Below are positions 9,789 to 18,956 of a DNA stretch of 64,000 nucleotides, piece by piece. How positions within the stretch are numbered: position 1 is the stretch's first letter; each line of letters starts with the position of its first letter. The stretch is from an uncultured virus (IMG/VR IMGVR_UViG_3300025844_000001) (lineage: Duplodnaviria > Heunggongvirae > Uroviricota > Caudoviricetes > Demerecviridae): the IMG/VR virus record IMGVR_UViG_3300025844_000001. One strand, given 5' to 3'. The position numbers and the translations under genes are program-made. The notes beneath the pieces are model-generated. The model saw only the letters and a list, made by a program, of their open reading frames with translations, ran no database searches and had not been told where the DNA came from.

Positions 9789-10184
9789 TTAAACCCCTAA
9801 GTATTTTTTAATTAAGTCAATGGCATCTTTACCATTAACAGTTTTATTCTCTGATTTAGCGAAGATATTAAGTGACTTAACTACATCACCCATCTTTTGA
9901 CCCATTGGGTTAGTTTCCATTAAGAACTGGATTACTTCATCATTAGTCATTACTTTAGGTAAGTAGTTACCGATAATACGAATCTCTAGCTCATTTGGTA
10001 CAGCAGACTTTGATAACTGCTTCTGTACTGTAGTTAAAACTTTGATAACAGCTTCATTGCTATGGTCTTTACCTGCTCGGTCAATTTCACCTAATAGGAA
10101 TGAGTAGAACTTAATTCTATCTGCCTTCTTGTGGCGACGCATAACAATTAAGTCACCTTTTAATGTACCGTATACGTTTTCCAT
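9789..10184 (-). CDS. GatB/YqeY-like protein
   Basis: LLGEI..E..II..YLPK.M...E pattern. Confidence 0.55.
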   Translation of the reverse strand: MENVYGTLKGDLIVMRRHKKADRIKFYSFLLGEIDRAGKDHSNEAVIKVLTTVQKQLSKSAVPNELEIRIIGNYLPKVMTNDEVIQFLMETNPMGQKMGDVVKSLNIFAKSENKTVNGKDAIDLIKKYLGV

Positions 10185-10185
10185 T

Positions 10186-10395
10186 TTATTTTCCTTTGTA
10201 ATCTGTTAATGCATCTAATAACATTTTAACTGTTCTTTCTAATTGTGAAACTCTATATTCTAGATTAGATACTTTACAACTTGGCGTATTATCTACTTTA
10301 GGTTTCATTGCTGCTGCTCCATAAGTAGGCTCAGCATCCATTTTAATATGTTTTAATGCTTTAGGTTTCATTGTTTTGTACCTTTCCCAATCCAA
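10186..10395 (-). CDS. hypothetical protein
   Basis: ORF after promoter-like CGTATAAT; start uncertain. Confidence 0.55.
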   Translation of the reverse strand: MDWERYKTMKPKALKHIKMDAEPTYGAAAMKPKVDNTPSCKVSNLEYRVSQLERTVKMLLDALTDYKGK

Positions 10396-10440
10396 TAAAG
10401 CTATTATACGTTAATAATAGCTTTAATGGAAGGAAATTAT

Positions 10441-10701
10441 CTATTTTAGTTGTATAAACGCTGCAATAGAAAGTATATTTAAAATAGGTATACATGCTAA
10501 AATACATGTCCCTAGAGCCAATGAGCCAGCTAGTTTATCCTTTGTAGGGACTTCATTAAATACTTCTGCAAAGTGTAGCTTAATTTGTGGGTCATTATAT
10601 ACTCTAGAAAATTTAGGGTGGTCTGGGTTTAGAAATATCCACCCAGCACAAGCCCATAGTAGTAGTACTGGTAGTATATATAGTAGTATTAAGTAAATCA
10701 T
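10441..10701 (-). CDS. membrane protein (IPILN motif)
   Basis: Two TM segments. Confidence 0.7.
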   Translation of the reverse strand: MIYLILLYILPVLLLWACAGWIFLNPDHPKFSRVYNDPQIKLHFAEVFNEVPTKDKLAGSLALGTCILACIPILNILSIAAFIQLK

Positions 10702-10964
10702 TTAGTTCTCCATTTTATAATTATTGCAGATGTAATTGTAAGTGTATTAAGTATAGGTATTAAGGCTAAAAATATAATAGATATACCTATGTTAATTCTT
10801 AGTTGTTCATTGGAACTAATATTACCTGAACCTAGGCTGGCTAATTTCTCTTTAAACTCTTTTGAATATATTTCATGTCTATAGTCTTTATGTACAAGAG
10901 TGGAAACTCCTATAGCCATTAAGGTAGCAAACGATAAAATATATATAATAAATAATACCAACAT
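10698..10964 (-). CDS. membrane protein (IPILN motif)
   Basis: Two TM segments, resembles neighbour. Confidence 0.7.
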   Translation of the reverse strand: MLVLFIIYILSFATLMAIGVSTLVHKDYRHEIYSKEFKEKLASLGSGNISSNEQLRINIGISIIFLALIPILNTLTITSAIIIKWRTK

Positions 10965-10966
10965 AA

Positions 10967-11836
10967 TTACTCCTTAGTCCAGTCATAAGCTGCGGCTACA
11001 ACTTCATAGTATTTACTTAATCTAACTTTAGCATTTTTAGCAAAAATACCATGAGTTACTAGTAACGCTGCTCCTGAAAATTCTTGTTCATCACCTGCAT
11101 CACGAGGTTTACCTCTTAGCAATCCTTTTTCTACCAGAGCACTACCTAATCCTAGGAATGTTCCACCACCATCACAAATATCATCTACAATAAGTAACTT
11201 ACCACCCTTACTAATTCTATCTTTAACATACTCAATAGTTAACTGATTAGTAAACTGTATCTCTACGTTAGATAGCATGCCTGTAGAAGTATTTCTAGAC
11301 TTAGTAGCAGTTAAAAGTGGTAGCTCAAGTTTATCCGCAAATTTCTTAGCTTTTTTAAGCGAACCAACATCAGGTGCTAATACCATATCTTGTGAATGGA
11401 AACCACTATGGCTATGGTATACATTAACTAGTAAAGCTTCTTGTGGAATCTCCATAACATTTTTAATCAATGCTAGGGCTACAGGACTATGCGAGTCTGA
11501 TACTACTACCTTGTCAAAGTTCATAGCATTTAGCATATCGGCAAATACTTTAATACCTAAGGCCTCACCTACATTAGCTACTCTATCCTGTCTAGCATAA
11601 GGTATATAAGGCATAGTTAGTACTACTGGTTGTCTAGTGAATACGTTCAATCTATCAATAGCATCTTTAACCATAACTAATTCCATTAGGTCATCTGCTG
11701 TCTTGATAAGAGCTTCCAGCTTAATTTTGTTTAATTTGTAACTTCCCCACTTTACTGTAGTGTGTACTTCCCCACCATTAAAATATACTGTAGGTTTATC
11801 AAATTGAATTGAACTATCTTCTGAAAATTTAATCAT
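10967..11836 (-). CDS. prs: ribose-phosphate pyrophosphokinase-like (Adps-like) protein
   Basis: FNGGE, MPYIPYARQDR, DSHS, APDVG, IVDDICDGGGTF, VTHGIF. Confidence 0.92.
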   Translation of the reverse strand: MIKFSEDSSIQFDKPTVYFNGGEVHTTVKWGSYKLNKIKLEALIKTADDLMELVMVKDAIDRLNVFTRQPVVLTMPYIPYARQDRVANVGEALGIKVFADMLNAMNFDKVVVSDSHSPVALALIKNVMEIPQEALLVNVYHSHSGFHSQDMVLAPDVGSLKKAKKFADKLELPLLTATKSRNTSTGMLSNVEIQFTNQLTIEYVKDRISKGGKLLIVDDICDGGGTFLGLGSALVEKGLLRGKPRDAGDEQEFSGAALLVTHGIFAKNAKVRLSKYYEVVAAAYDWTKE

Positions 11837-11839
11837 GGT

Positions 11840-12166
11840 CTATACCTTATAGTCACGTAATGTCTTACGATTAATAGTTAATGGTTCACGTGGTAGTTTT
11901 AATACTAATGCACTAAAGCTACTAGGCGCAATATTAAAATGCTCTTTACTTACATAGATAGAGTTAGAACCACGGTTATACAGGGATACCATCTTCTCTA
12001 GTGAAATATACTTACGTCTAGGTTTATCTAATAAGAGGCCATCTTTGCTCCATACCTCTCTCCAGATATGCCATGTACCTTTGGTTTTGGTAATATGGTA
12101 TCCTAGGATACTTGCAAATGTAGCTAAGGCAGTAACTTGGTCTTGTAGTCTATATAACTGTTTCAT
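11840..12166 (-). CDS. hypothetical protein
   Basis: Coupled ORF. Confidence 0.7.
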   Translation of the reverse strand: MKQLYRLQDQVTALATFASILGYHITKTKGTWHIWREVWSKDGLLLDKPRRKYISLEKMVSLYNRGSNSIYVSKEHFNIAPSSFSALVLKLPREPLTINRKTLRDYKV

Positions 12167-12687
12167 TATTTTAATTCCTTTAGTTCTAGGTTTAGTTTAT
12201 CCCGTAAAGCAATTAGGCGTGATAGTTCATCTTCTAAGCTAAGAATCTTACTGTTAACACGACCCATCTCTTGTTCTTTGTTTTCTAATTCACGTACTCG
12301 TAGAAATTTATTCAGGACACTAGTATCACGATACTCCTCTGCTCCTGGACATAGTATATGGTCTTCATCTGTTTCATCATACTTAACCCAACGTGCATCT
12401 GAGTTACTTTCAATGAATGAGCTTTCTTCTTCATCCTCTATATCTGGTTCATCACACTCACAGTCATCTACATCATCCCCGCAGTTAATGCAAGTACAAG
12501 AAGGGCTTCCGTATGAACTAGAACAATCAGCTTGCATTTCCCATACGTAAGAAGATACAGTATCTTCCTCTGACTCATTAGGTACTACAGGTATAGCGTG
12601 TATCTCATAATGGTTACCAGCACATACCGATAACTCGCCCCAAATACGGTTCTCTACTACGATAGCATATAAATAATAGTCTTTCAT
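12166..12687 (-). CDS. acidic Cys-rich protein with C-terminal coiled coil
   Basis: CTCINC..CEC; first gene after promoter cassette. Confidence 0.75.
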   Translation of the reverse strand: MKDYYLYAIVVENRIWGELSVCAGNHYEIHAIPVVPNESEEDTVSSYVWEMQADCSSSYGSPSCTCINCGDDVDDCECDEPDIEDEEESSFIESNSDARWVKYDETDEDHILCPGAEEYRDTSVLNKFLRVRELENKEQEMGRVNSKILSLEDELSRLIALRDKLNLELKELK

Positions 12688-12694
12688 TTCTTTA

Positions 12695-12759
12695 TTTCCT
12701 TTCTTGATTCTATAAAGCTATTATACAGAAAAAGCACCCCCCTTAGGAAGTGCTTTTTT
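12695..12759 (-). promoter_or_regulatory. Terminator-promoter cassette variant
   Basis: AAAAAGCAC..GTGCTTTTT plus TATAAT and AAAGGAAA RBS. Confidence 0.75.
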
Positions 12760-12774
12760 AGTTTTAATGCTTCT

Positions 12775-13383
12775 TTAGTGTAATACAATAATTAGACACA
12801 CAATTAACTGGATTATATAACTTAATACAATCATTACTGAGGCGTTTTCATTAGTTGAACGCCAAGGAGTGTATAAAGGTACTTTCTTGCTACCCATATC
12901 AAAACCAAATAGTGTACGTTTTTGTTCCTCATAACCCTCTAATGATAGGTGTCTGCGGAAAGCTCTACAACCTAATACCATTATTAATAGAACTATTAAG
13001 CTAATAGAGTAGGAAATTAGGTCATCCCCAAATACCTGCCAACCAATGAAAACTGCCGTTAACTTACCTGCATCAGTTTTTAAAAAGTCATCTACTGCTA
13101 CACCAAACTCTTTAGCAGCAACACCAATAGCTTTAGCAAAGCGTAGAGAAATCTCAGACCATTTATCCATATTTTCTATACTAGAAGTATTAATACTTGG
13201 GCTTGTTGTTGTGGCTTCTTTTAACTTATTCTGCTCACACTGGACAATCATAGTCTGTTTAACTGTATCACTTAGACCATCAATACTATTAATCTGTGTA
13301 GAGCAATTAGCTGTATAAGCTAGTGCTGGTGTAGTAAATAGGCTAGCCAATATAATTGTAGCTCCTAATAAAATCTTATTCAT
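12775..13383 (-). CDS. exported/membrane protein
   Basis: Signal peptide (ALA) and two C-terminal TM segments. Confidence 0.8.
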   Translation of the reverse strand: MNKILLGATIILASLFTTPALAYTANCSTQINSIDGLSDTVKQTMIVQCEQNKLKEATTTSPSINTSSIENMDKWSEISLRFAKAIGVAAKEFGVAVDDFLKTDAGKLTAVFIGWQVFGDDLISYSISLIVLLIMVLGCRAFRRHLSLEGYEEQKRTLFGFDMGSKKVPLYTPWRSTNENASVMIVLSYIIQLIVCLIIVLH

Positions 13384-13685
13384 TACTTATCTCCCTCACA
13401 GCGAATTTGACTAAAGGTATCAGCACGATACCAGCTAAAGTTATCATTGTAGTTATTGGCTACTAAAAATTCAAACTCCATAGCCGATACTTGACGCATA
13501 TCTCGTATCTTAGTCCATTGATTATATCGTGGGCCATTATGGAATAATGCTTCGATTTTTGTTTTACCTGCTTCTACACATGTCATTACTTCTACTACGT
13601 TACCCATAGCTTCGTAAGCTTCTACTCTAGCTTCTGCAGGGGTTACTAGTGTGGCTAATACTGCTACTAATAATAATTTCTTCAT
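13383..13685 (-). CDS. secreted hypothetical protein
   Basis: Signal peptide MKKLLLVAVLA..AEA. Confidence 0.75.
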   Translation of the reverse strand: MKKLLLVAVLATLVTPAEARVEAYEAMGNVVEVMTCVEAGKTKIEALFHNGPRYNQWTKIRDMRQVSAMEFEFLVANNYNDNFSWYRADTFSQIRCEGDK

Positions 13686-13978
13686 TTGTTAAATTCCTTT
13701 AAATATTCAAGACTGAACTTGTTTATAATTATTTCTCGTAAAATTGATTGGTGATACGCTTTTGTTCTATTCACACTATTACTAGTGCTATAGAAGCTAT
13801 TTAATCTACAATTTAGATTCACATCTCTTATAAACTTAAACCTTAAATCGATGCGTAATTCTTCATCATTAGTTATTTTATTATTTAATAGGTCTATAAG
13901 CATTAATACTAAGGCACATACAGATAAAGTAATGCCTGTACTAATGCTAAACGGTAGGTATAATAGACTTAACTCCAT
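13682..13978 (-). CDS. hypothetical membrane protein
   Basis: Coupled ORF with hydrophobic N-terminus. Confidence 0.6.
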   Translation of the reverse strand: MELSLLYLPFSISTGITLSVCALVLMLIDLLNNKITNDEELRIDLRFKFIRDVNLNCRLNSFYSTSNSVNRTKAYHQSILREIIINKFSLEYLKEFNK

Positions 13979-14280
13979 CTATCTACCGAATCTATTAAGT
14001 GTTGTAGTAGATCAATACGTAACTCACCATACTCACCAACCCATAGGTTATCTATAGTTAAAAATGCTTTATCAGGGTCTAGTGACGGATAGGGCACAGG
14101 GTACCTATAGTCACCTGAAAAATGTTTCCAAGAGTAGAAATACTTAGTAATATCATCTTCATCATATCTAAAATTAGATAGGTAATATAGGTTTGAACAT
14201 ATACCTACATTTATAGATAAAGCTTCATCTTTTAATAGTGCTAAGTCCATAATCTGTTGTAAGTACTGTACTAATCGCAT
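13969..14280 (-). CDS. hypothetical protein (GIC..W..FSG family)
   Basis: Paralogue motifs. Confidence 0.75.
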   Translation of the reverse strand: MRLVQYLQQIMDLALLKDEALSINVGICSNLYYLSNFRYDEDDITKYFYSWKHFSGDYRYPVPYPSLDPDKAFLTIDNLWVGEYGELRIDLLQHLIDSVDRWS

Positions 14281-14702
14281 AATTCTAGCCCCTGTTTAGC
14301 TGACTTAATAATATGGTCTAAAAGTTCACGGCGTAATGTGCCATACTCACCAATCCATACATTATCACATATAACATAAGCTAGTTTAGCACAGTATTCT
14401 GGACTATTTAACCCTGTATCTACTACGTTTGCTATATAATCTATATTAGCTCTGGTTAACTTTGATCTATATATCTCACCTACATAAGGTACTGGGTATG
14501 ACTCGTTACCTGAATACTTATCCCAAGTAATAAAATACTCTTTTAGCTTTCTAGTGCTAGTATCTTGTTGGAATTTTGAAATAGCTATCATAGATAGTAA
14601 TCCACATATACCTGTCTCTACTTCGCTTTTATGTATTAAGTTATTATCTACTTGGTCTTTTAAGATTATAGCACTTTGTAATATTAATTCTACTTGGTTC
14701 AT
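14271..14702 (-). CDS. hypothetical protein (GIC..W..YSG family)
   Basis: Paralogue motifs; first gene after cassette. Confidence 0.75.
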   Translation of the reverse strand: MNQVELILQSAIILKDQVDNNLIHKSEVETGICGLLSMIAISKFQQDTSTRKLKEYFITWDKYSGNESYPVPYVGEIYRSKLTRANIDYIANVVDTGLNSPEYCAKLAYVICDNVWIGEYGTLRRELLDHIIKSAKQGLELCD

Positions 14703-14708
14703 TGCTTT

Positions 14709-14772
14709 GTTCCCTTTCTCAATTCTATAAAGCTATTATACGCAAAAAGCACCTCCAATGGAAGTGCTTTTT
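14709..14772 (-). promoter_or_regulatory. Terminator-promoter-leader cassette, direct repeat of 7386-7449
   Basis: 64-bp identity by eye. Confidence 0.8.
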
Positions 14773-14794
14773 TAACTTTATTACTTAGAACTAA

Positions 14795-15196
14795 CTAAAT
14801 TAATTTAATTGATTGTGCAAGGCGCATAGCTTGTTTTTTACGAACTTCTTCTGGTACATCATGTATTGAGTCACTACCATGTCTATTCTCTACTACTAGG
14901 CATGTTACTTTATAACCACGTTCCTGAGCAAACTCTAGATACTTAGCTATTTCTTTTTCTGTTGTATTAGTATTATCTACTATCACATCATTCCCTGAAA
15001 GCAACTCCATACGGAACATATCGTAGCAATACTCATGTGCTTGCTTTAGTTTAGCAGGGTCAAATACATAACCCCCAAATGGCTGTATGAAGTATTTATC
15101 AGCAGATACTACTACAGCACCTAGTTGTGTTAACATATTTGCTATAGTAGACTTACCTGAGCCGGATACTCCACGTAATATAGTTACTGTAGGCAT
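14795..15196 (-). CDS. P-loop (AAA_33, polynucleotide-kinase-like) kinase
   Basis: RGVSGSGKST, SAD, VIVDNTN, HDVP. Confidence 0.85.
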   Translation of the reverse strand: MPTVTILRGVSGSGKSTIANMLTQLGAVVVSADKYFIQPFGGYVFDPAKLKQAHEYCYDMFRMELLSGNDVIVDNTNTTEKEIAKYLEFAQERGYKVTCLVVENRHGSDSIHDVPEEVRKKQAMRLAQSIKLI

Positions 15197-15411
15197 TACG
15201 TACCCTCTGTTATAATTAAACCATCTTCCACGTTTACGTTATCTTCATCTTCCATAAATTCTTCTTTCATGTTAGTAACAACTAAATGGATTTGGCAGTT
15301 TCCAACTCTACCAATTAAACTAGTACCAACAACATCATTACCTAGTTCTTCTACTGCTAGAAGTTCTTCTTCTACTAACTTTTGCAACTCTTGTGTATTA
15401 ATATGTACCAT
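15196..15411 (-). CDS. hypothetical acidic protein
   Basis: Coupled ORF. Confidence 0.65.
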   Translation of the reverse strand: MVHINTQELQKLVEEELLAVEELGNDVVGTSLIGRVGNCQIHLVVTNMKEEFMEDEDNVNVEDGLIITEGT

Positions 15412-16337
15412 TATTCTTCTCCTACTAGAGTTAAAACTAATTCTACGAATCTAATTCGTTCTTGCTCACCTAAAGCTGTCCATTCTTCTTGACTAAAAGC
15501 ACCACGAATCTTTTCGATAACGGATAAGAACTCCTCCTCTAGCCCTAAGTTAAATACTTCTCTTGCCTCCATTCCCCATAGACGAGCAGTTTTCTTAGAA
15601 CCACCTCTAGCGATGAACTTAGTACCTAGGTAGTGCGGAGACTTAACCTTAGCTACTATCTTTCCATCGAAGTCACGAACCATGAACCCTTCCATCTTAC
15701 AGTTCTTAACTAAAGAATCCAGTTCCTCTTTATTCTTAACTAAACGATGCTCTTTTCTATACCACTTAAAGTTACTAGCTAAAATATCTAGCTCACACTC
15801 TAACATCATAGTACCAGTATCTTTGCGTCTAGCTCCAATTAAATAGATACCAGGTTCTTCTTTTACTATGTGTGGGTCATCTGTGTGGCATACCTCAAAC
15901 ATAAGAGTAAAGCTATCTAGTAACTTATCTAAGATTAATGAGTTAGCAAATGTATCATTGTTATCTTTCCAGTGCCAAACAAAAGAATCTCTCCACATAG
16001 TAACAAATGGTGAGTCTAGTGAACCTGTTGTTGAGAATGTATCTCTACCCTCATATCGAGTAATAACACCTAAGAATCCATTAACCTTATCTACTAGTGT
16101 GAAAGGGAACTCTGGGTATCCCGTGCCATTTTCACCAATGTTAAATACTTTAGTGAAAGGATGGGCTACAACATTATTATCTAAGTCTAGTACTAGTCCT
16201 CTACATTCCTTTAATAATGGATGTACTTCCCATAGGTTATCATAAAATACTTTTCGTGCGTACTTTACTACTTTAAGTTTACCTACTTGTTTTACTGTAA
16301 TTAAATCTGCTGGTATTGCTTTTAAGTTAAATTTCAT
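15411..16337 (-). CDS. RNA ligase (Rnl1-like)
   Basis: ECRGLV, PFTKVFN, KVNGFLG (motif I), EGFMVR, KVKS. Confidence 0.88.
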   Translation of the reverse strand: MKFNLKAIPADLITVKQVGKLKVVKYARKVFYDNLWEVHPLLKECRGLVLDLDNNVVAHPFTKVFNIGENGTGYPEFPFTLVDKVNGFLGVITRYEGRDTFSTTGSLDSPFVTMWRDSFVWHWKDNNDTFANSLILDKLLDSFTLMFEVCHTDDPHIVKEEPGIYLIGARRKDTGTMMLECELDILASNFKWYRKEHRLVKNKEELDSLVKNCKMEGFMVRDFDGKIVAKVKSPHYLGTKFIARGGSKKTARLWGMEAREVFNLGLEEEFLSVIEKIRGAFSQEEWTALGEQERIRFVELVLTLVGEE

Positions 16338-16573
16338 CGTTGTATCCCATCTCTAATTATTTTTGATGCTAATAAGAAAAAACTATGTAACTTCTTAGCT
16401 TTACTATGTTCCCGTTCAAGCAACGTAGCTGCATAGCGTTGACCTGCAATAAATCCCTCAGAAAAGGCTTCGGCTCTAATATCGGCTCTTTGCTTTCCTT
16501 CTGGAGTAACTGGGACTCCATAGGCTTCATGTCTACGCCAAGCCCTGTACCATGCATAATCAGTAATATTCAT
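16334..16573 (-). CDS. hypothetical protein
   Basis: ORF after promoter with RBS. Confidence 0.7.
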   Translation of the reverse strand: MNITDYAWYRAWRRHEAYGVPVTPEGKQRADIRAEAFSEGFIAGQRYAATLLEREHSKAKKLHSFFLLASKIIRDGIQR

Positions 16574-16582
16574 AATTTGTTT

Positions 16583-16643
16583 CCTTTCTCAATTCTATAA
16601 AGCTATTATACGTAAAAAGCACCCCTAATGGAAGTGCTTTTTT
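16583..16643 (-). promoter_or_regulatory. Terminator-promoter cassette variant
   Basis: Same hairpin, CGTATAAT and leader. Confidence 0.75.
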
Positions 16644-16650
16644 ACTTTTC

Positions 16651-17058
16651 TTATTCTATTGAGTTTAACAAAATAGATAGTGTACGCATTGCCGAACCTA
16701 AACCTGCACGGTCATCTAAAAGTAAGGAGAAGAAAATCTTTCTACTATTTAAAAGCATATACTTATCTGGTACGTCATTTATCATAAAATCAGTAATACC
16801 GAAAGTAGCTAAATAAGTACGAATACTAGGGTATCTACTAGGCTCGCTACAAGTCCATAGTACTAAATCTAGGCCAACTTTCTGACAGCGGAGCATTAAG
16901 TCAATACAATCTTTTAGATTCTTTGGGTTATCCCCATGATAGTCAAATAAAGTATTATCATAGTCAAATGCGATACATAAGTTACCATGTGTTTGATAAT
17001 CTTTCTTTAGTCTATCTGCATTTTCTATTACACTAGTATAGTCTGGTCTTAAATTCAT
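16651..17058 (-). CDS. HAD-family phosphatase
   Basis: FDYDNT, LWTC, LDDRA. Confidence 0.8.
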   Translation of the reverse strand: MNLRPDYTSVIENADRLKKDYQTHGNLCIAFDYDNTLFDYHGDNPKNLKDCIDLMLRCQKVGLDLVLWTCSEPSRYPSIRTYLATFGITDFMINDVPDKYMLLNSRKIFFSLLLDDRAGLGSAMRTLSILLNSIE

Positions 17059-17069
17059 TAATCTATTCC

Positions 17070-17624
17070 TTATTTATGGTGGTCTACTTGGTGTGATTGC
17101 CTATTTTCCATAATATCTACCAAGTCTTGAGTGGAAAATATACCTGGCTTATTAAATATATTGAAGTAGTTATCCCAACCAATATCAATAGATCTACCTA
17201 ATCCCTCGTAAGAGCCGTGGGTATGGCCAAATAGGTGCCAAGCCCCATGATGCATCTTATTCCAAGATACTAGTGGAAAATGACATAGTACTACTGTCTT
17301 ATCCCCTAGCTTTATCTCACAAAGTGTTGGCAAAATCTCTACATTAGATAGTTTTTCATAAGCATTTAAGGCTTTCTTATTATCATGGTTCCCTGGTACT
17401 AGCTTAATATTACAGTTAATACGTGATATATAATCTACAGCTTTGGTAATAGAGCCGAGAGCTACATCACCTAGTATGTACAAGGTATCATTAGGTGTAA
17501 CTTTTTTATTGATAGTACTGATAATACTTTCGTTCATTTCTTCTACATCAGAGTAGTATGGCCTATTATACGCAATAATATTCTTGTGTAGGAAATGCAA
17601 ATCTGATGTAAAATATGTTGTCAT
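17070..17624 (-). CDS. calcineurin-like metallophosphoesterase
   Basis: SDLHFLH, LGD, GNHD, HFP, GHTH. Confidence 0.9.
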   Translation of the reverse strand: MTTYFTSDLHFLHKNIIAYNRPYYSDVEEMNESIISTINKKVTPNDTLYILGDVALGSITKAVDYISRINCNIKLVPGNHDNKKALNAYEKLSNVEILPTLCEIKLGDKTVVLCHFPLVSWNKMHHGAWHLFGHTHGSYEGLGRSIDIGWDNYFNIFNKPGIFSTQDLVDIMENRQSHQVDHHK

Positions 17625-17872
17625 TCTATTATAATATCCACATAGCAGTATGGTATCCCTAAGAACTTATGTACTATTGTTAGGGTATCAAATCGGTTAA
17701 TTGGTATATCTACATTATTATATAATATAGATGTTATGCCAGCTTCTTTACATTTATGGGCTGTTTCCATTAATCCCATTAAGGAATCATCTAAGGTTTT
17801 ACTAGACCAAGAAGTAGGTACTTTTTGTATTAATACCTTCTCTTTAGAGTCTAGTACTTGTCTACTAAACAT
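17621..17872 (-). CDS. hypothetical protein
   Basis: GAGG RBS, coupled. Confidence 0.65.
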   Translation of the reverse strand: MFSRQVLDSKEKVLIQKVPTSWSSKTLDDSLMGLMETAHKCKEAGITSILYNNVDIPINRFDTLTIVHKFLGIPYCYVDIIIE

Positions 17873-17880
17873 ATAACCTC

Positions 17881-18177
17881 CTAGTGTTTCATTGGCTTAG
17901 TTATAGTTAGATACTCTGGCCTTAACGAGTCTCTAAAACTATCCAGAGTTCTTACCTTATCAAATGCCTTTAGTAGTAAATTAGTTTCTTGGCTAAGAAT
18001 CACTTGAACTTCTACTGGTGCCTTCTTTGAAATATGTTCTAGCACTAAGCTATGAACTCCTAGAATCTCTTGGAGTGCTTCTCTATACTCTACTACTAGT
18101 TCAAATAAGGCTATTAAAGCTTCTTCTCTATTTAGAGCTATTTTTGGCTGTTCCTGTATTTCCATAAAATTCTCCAC
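17881..18177 (-). CDS. hypothetical protein
   Basis: ORF; start probably MEIQ. Confidence 0.65.
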   Translation of the reverse strand: MENFMEIQEQPKIALNREEALIALFELVVEYREALQEILGVHSLVLEHISKKAPVEVQVILSQETNLLLKAFDKVRTLDSFRDSLRPEYLTITKPMKH

Positions 18178-18571
18178 CTAAACTATGTGACTTGGCTGTT
18201 GACATAATCCAATCAAATACATCTTTACGATTAATCATGCAATTATAATTATTGATTACGTGCCCTACCCAACTACGCACATTACGATACTTAGCTGGCT
18301 CATAGACTTCTGTTAAGAACACTTCTTTGGACATAGCAGTTTCTACCTTGATAAATGTAAACTTAGTAGGTATATTCTTGCCAAATACTTGATTAAATGC
18401 TTTTTGTAATTGGGTACGTGATATATTTTCTTCTAACGAATCCCGTAAGAAGTACATATCAATATGTCCCTTATTATCTAGTAGCATTTCTGCTGTTGCC
18501 GCCCCCATAGAGGTTGCACTCATTTCACTGTTCTTTGCTAACTCAGTTAGAAACTGTACTAGTTTTTCCAT
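18128..18571 (-). CDS. hypothetical protein
   Basis: Coupled ORF. Confidence 0.7.
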   Translation of the reverse strand: MEKLVQFLTELAKNSEMSATSMGAATAEMLLDNKGHIDMYFLRDSLEENISRTQLQKAFNQVFGKNIPTKFTFIKVETAMSKEVFLTEVYEPAKYRNVRSWVGHVINNYNCMINRKDVFDWIMSTAKSHSLGGEFYGNTGTAKNSSK

Positions 18572-18840
18572 TATTTATTACCCTTTAATTTACGCTGTAA
18601 TTTACGAACTTCTGCCTCTAAAGCAACGATACGTGCCTTGGCTATGAATGCTTCGTTCTTAGCAGCCTTTGCTTCCTCTTTAACTAACTGCCATGAGTTA
18701 GCATTACGTAGAAGCCCTTGATACATAGCTTCTAGTGTAGGGACGGTTAGTTTTTGTAATCCAGTAGTTTGCTGTACACATGATAGTAGAATAGCAATAG
18801 AGTTTACTAAAGTAGCTTTGTTTGATGTTTCGTTTGTCAT
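18571..18840 (-). CDS. hypothetical coiled-coil protein
   Basis: ORF after TTTACT/TATAAT promoter. Confidence 0.75.
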   Translation of the reverse strand: MTNETSNKATLVNSIAILLSCVQQTTGLQKLTVPTLEAMYQGLLRNANSWQLVKEEAKAAKNEAFIAKARIVALEAEVRKLQRKLKGNK

Positions 18841-18920
18841 GTTTTTCGTTCCTTTTGCAATTCAATAAAGCTATTATACGTTAAATGTATGACTTAGTAA
18901 AGAGAAGTTTTAGCGTATAG

Positions 18921-18952
18921 AAAAGGGCTACTCTATTAGGGTAGCCCTTTTT
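18921..18952. terminator. intrinsic terminator
   Basis: AAAAGGGCTAC..GTAGCCCTTTT. Confidence 0.8.
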
Positions 18953-18956
18953 CTTA

